Shown here one piece after another: positions 63,531 to 64,000 of a stretch of 64,000 bases of DNA. Location of the stretch: the NCBI RefSeq assembly GCF_009834535.1, contig NC_045697.1, positions 9,426,001-9,490,000 on the forward strand, given 5' to 3'. Every line of letters begins with the position of its first letter. Position 1 is the stretch's first letter. The position numbers and the translations under genes were made by a program. Source of the DNA: Camelus ferus (Eukaryota). Under the pieces are notes generated by a model. It saw only the letters and a list, made by a program, of their open reading frames with translations. It searched no databases and was not told where the DNA came from.

Positions 63531-63768
63531 CATAAATAATTTTTTTGGTAAATTTGAACCTCTATGTTTATCAGTGGAATTGGACTGGAATTATATTCTT
63601 TGGACTGTCTTTCACAAGTTCACAAGATTATGTTTGCTTCATAAAATGCTCTGATTTGGAATAATTTGGATAAATTATAACTTATAGATTCCTAAAGAGT
63701 TGTAAATCCACTATACAAATGCCTGAGGATTTTTGCTTTGAATTTATCACTTTGAAAACCTTCAGTAC

Positions 63769-64000
63769 TTTTTTTTATTGAGTTACAGTCATCTTACAGT
63801 GTTGTGTCAAATTCCAGTGTAAAGCATAATTTCTCAGTTATACATGAACATACATATATCCATTGTCACATTTTTTTTTGCTGTGAGCTACCACAAGATC
63901 TTGTATATATTTCCCTGTATATATACAGTATATATACAGTATAATCTTGTTTATCTATTCTACATATGCCTTTCAGTATCTACAAATTTTGAACTCCCAA
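63769..64000 (-). mobile_element. Young camelid-type L1 3' end, running off the window
   Basis: Poly-T then ttattgagttacagtc...gtgtcaaattccagtgt...ctgtgagctaccacaagatcttgtatatatttccctgt; reverse complement of the family at 54360-54550. Confidence 0.92.

Noticed and set aside
1..64000. CRISPR array, operon or other novel multi-gene system
   Set aside because: No regularly spaced repeat-spacer structure, no long intact ORFs and no prokaryote-like or organelle-like segment; the content is consistent with eutherian intergenic or intronic DNA.
1..64000. Assigning a host gene or transcription direction
   Set aside because: No recognisable exon, and L1/LTR orientations are mixed, so neither can be inferred from the sequence alone.

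Overview
Mammalian non-coding genomic DNA, most likely from a camelid (alpaca/llama/camel). The evidence is three tRNA-Ala(AGC)-derived SINEs resembling the Camelidae vic-1 family and young L1 3' ends of the camelid type, with no Alu, Bov-tA, PRE1 or Can-SINE visible. I find no supportable protein-coding gene, functional RNA gene or CRISPR array. The listed ORFs are L1 ORF1/ORF2 remnants, LTR or microsatellite read-throughs, or chance ORFs. Much of the window is interspersed repeat: many MIR and L2 fragments, old and young L1, MaLR MLT1 and ERVL LTR16 solo LTRs, and DNA transposon relics (MER20, MER81, MER46C, MER103C and a larger hAT-type element). I see no novel multi-gene system. The most interesting structures are unusual L1 integration products readable directly from the sequence: a five-segment scrambled L1 inside one target-site duplication (20.5-21.6 kb), an apparently internally primed tail-less L1 (18.2 kb), a classic twin-primed L1 with a short 3' tag (53.3-54.6 kb) and a ~28-nt micro-inversion (58.3 kb). 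There are also candidate CTCF sites and enhancer-like unique stretches. Repeat subfamily names come from my recollection of consensus sequences, and boundaries of old repeats are approximate.
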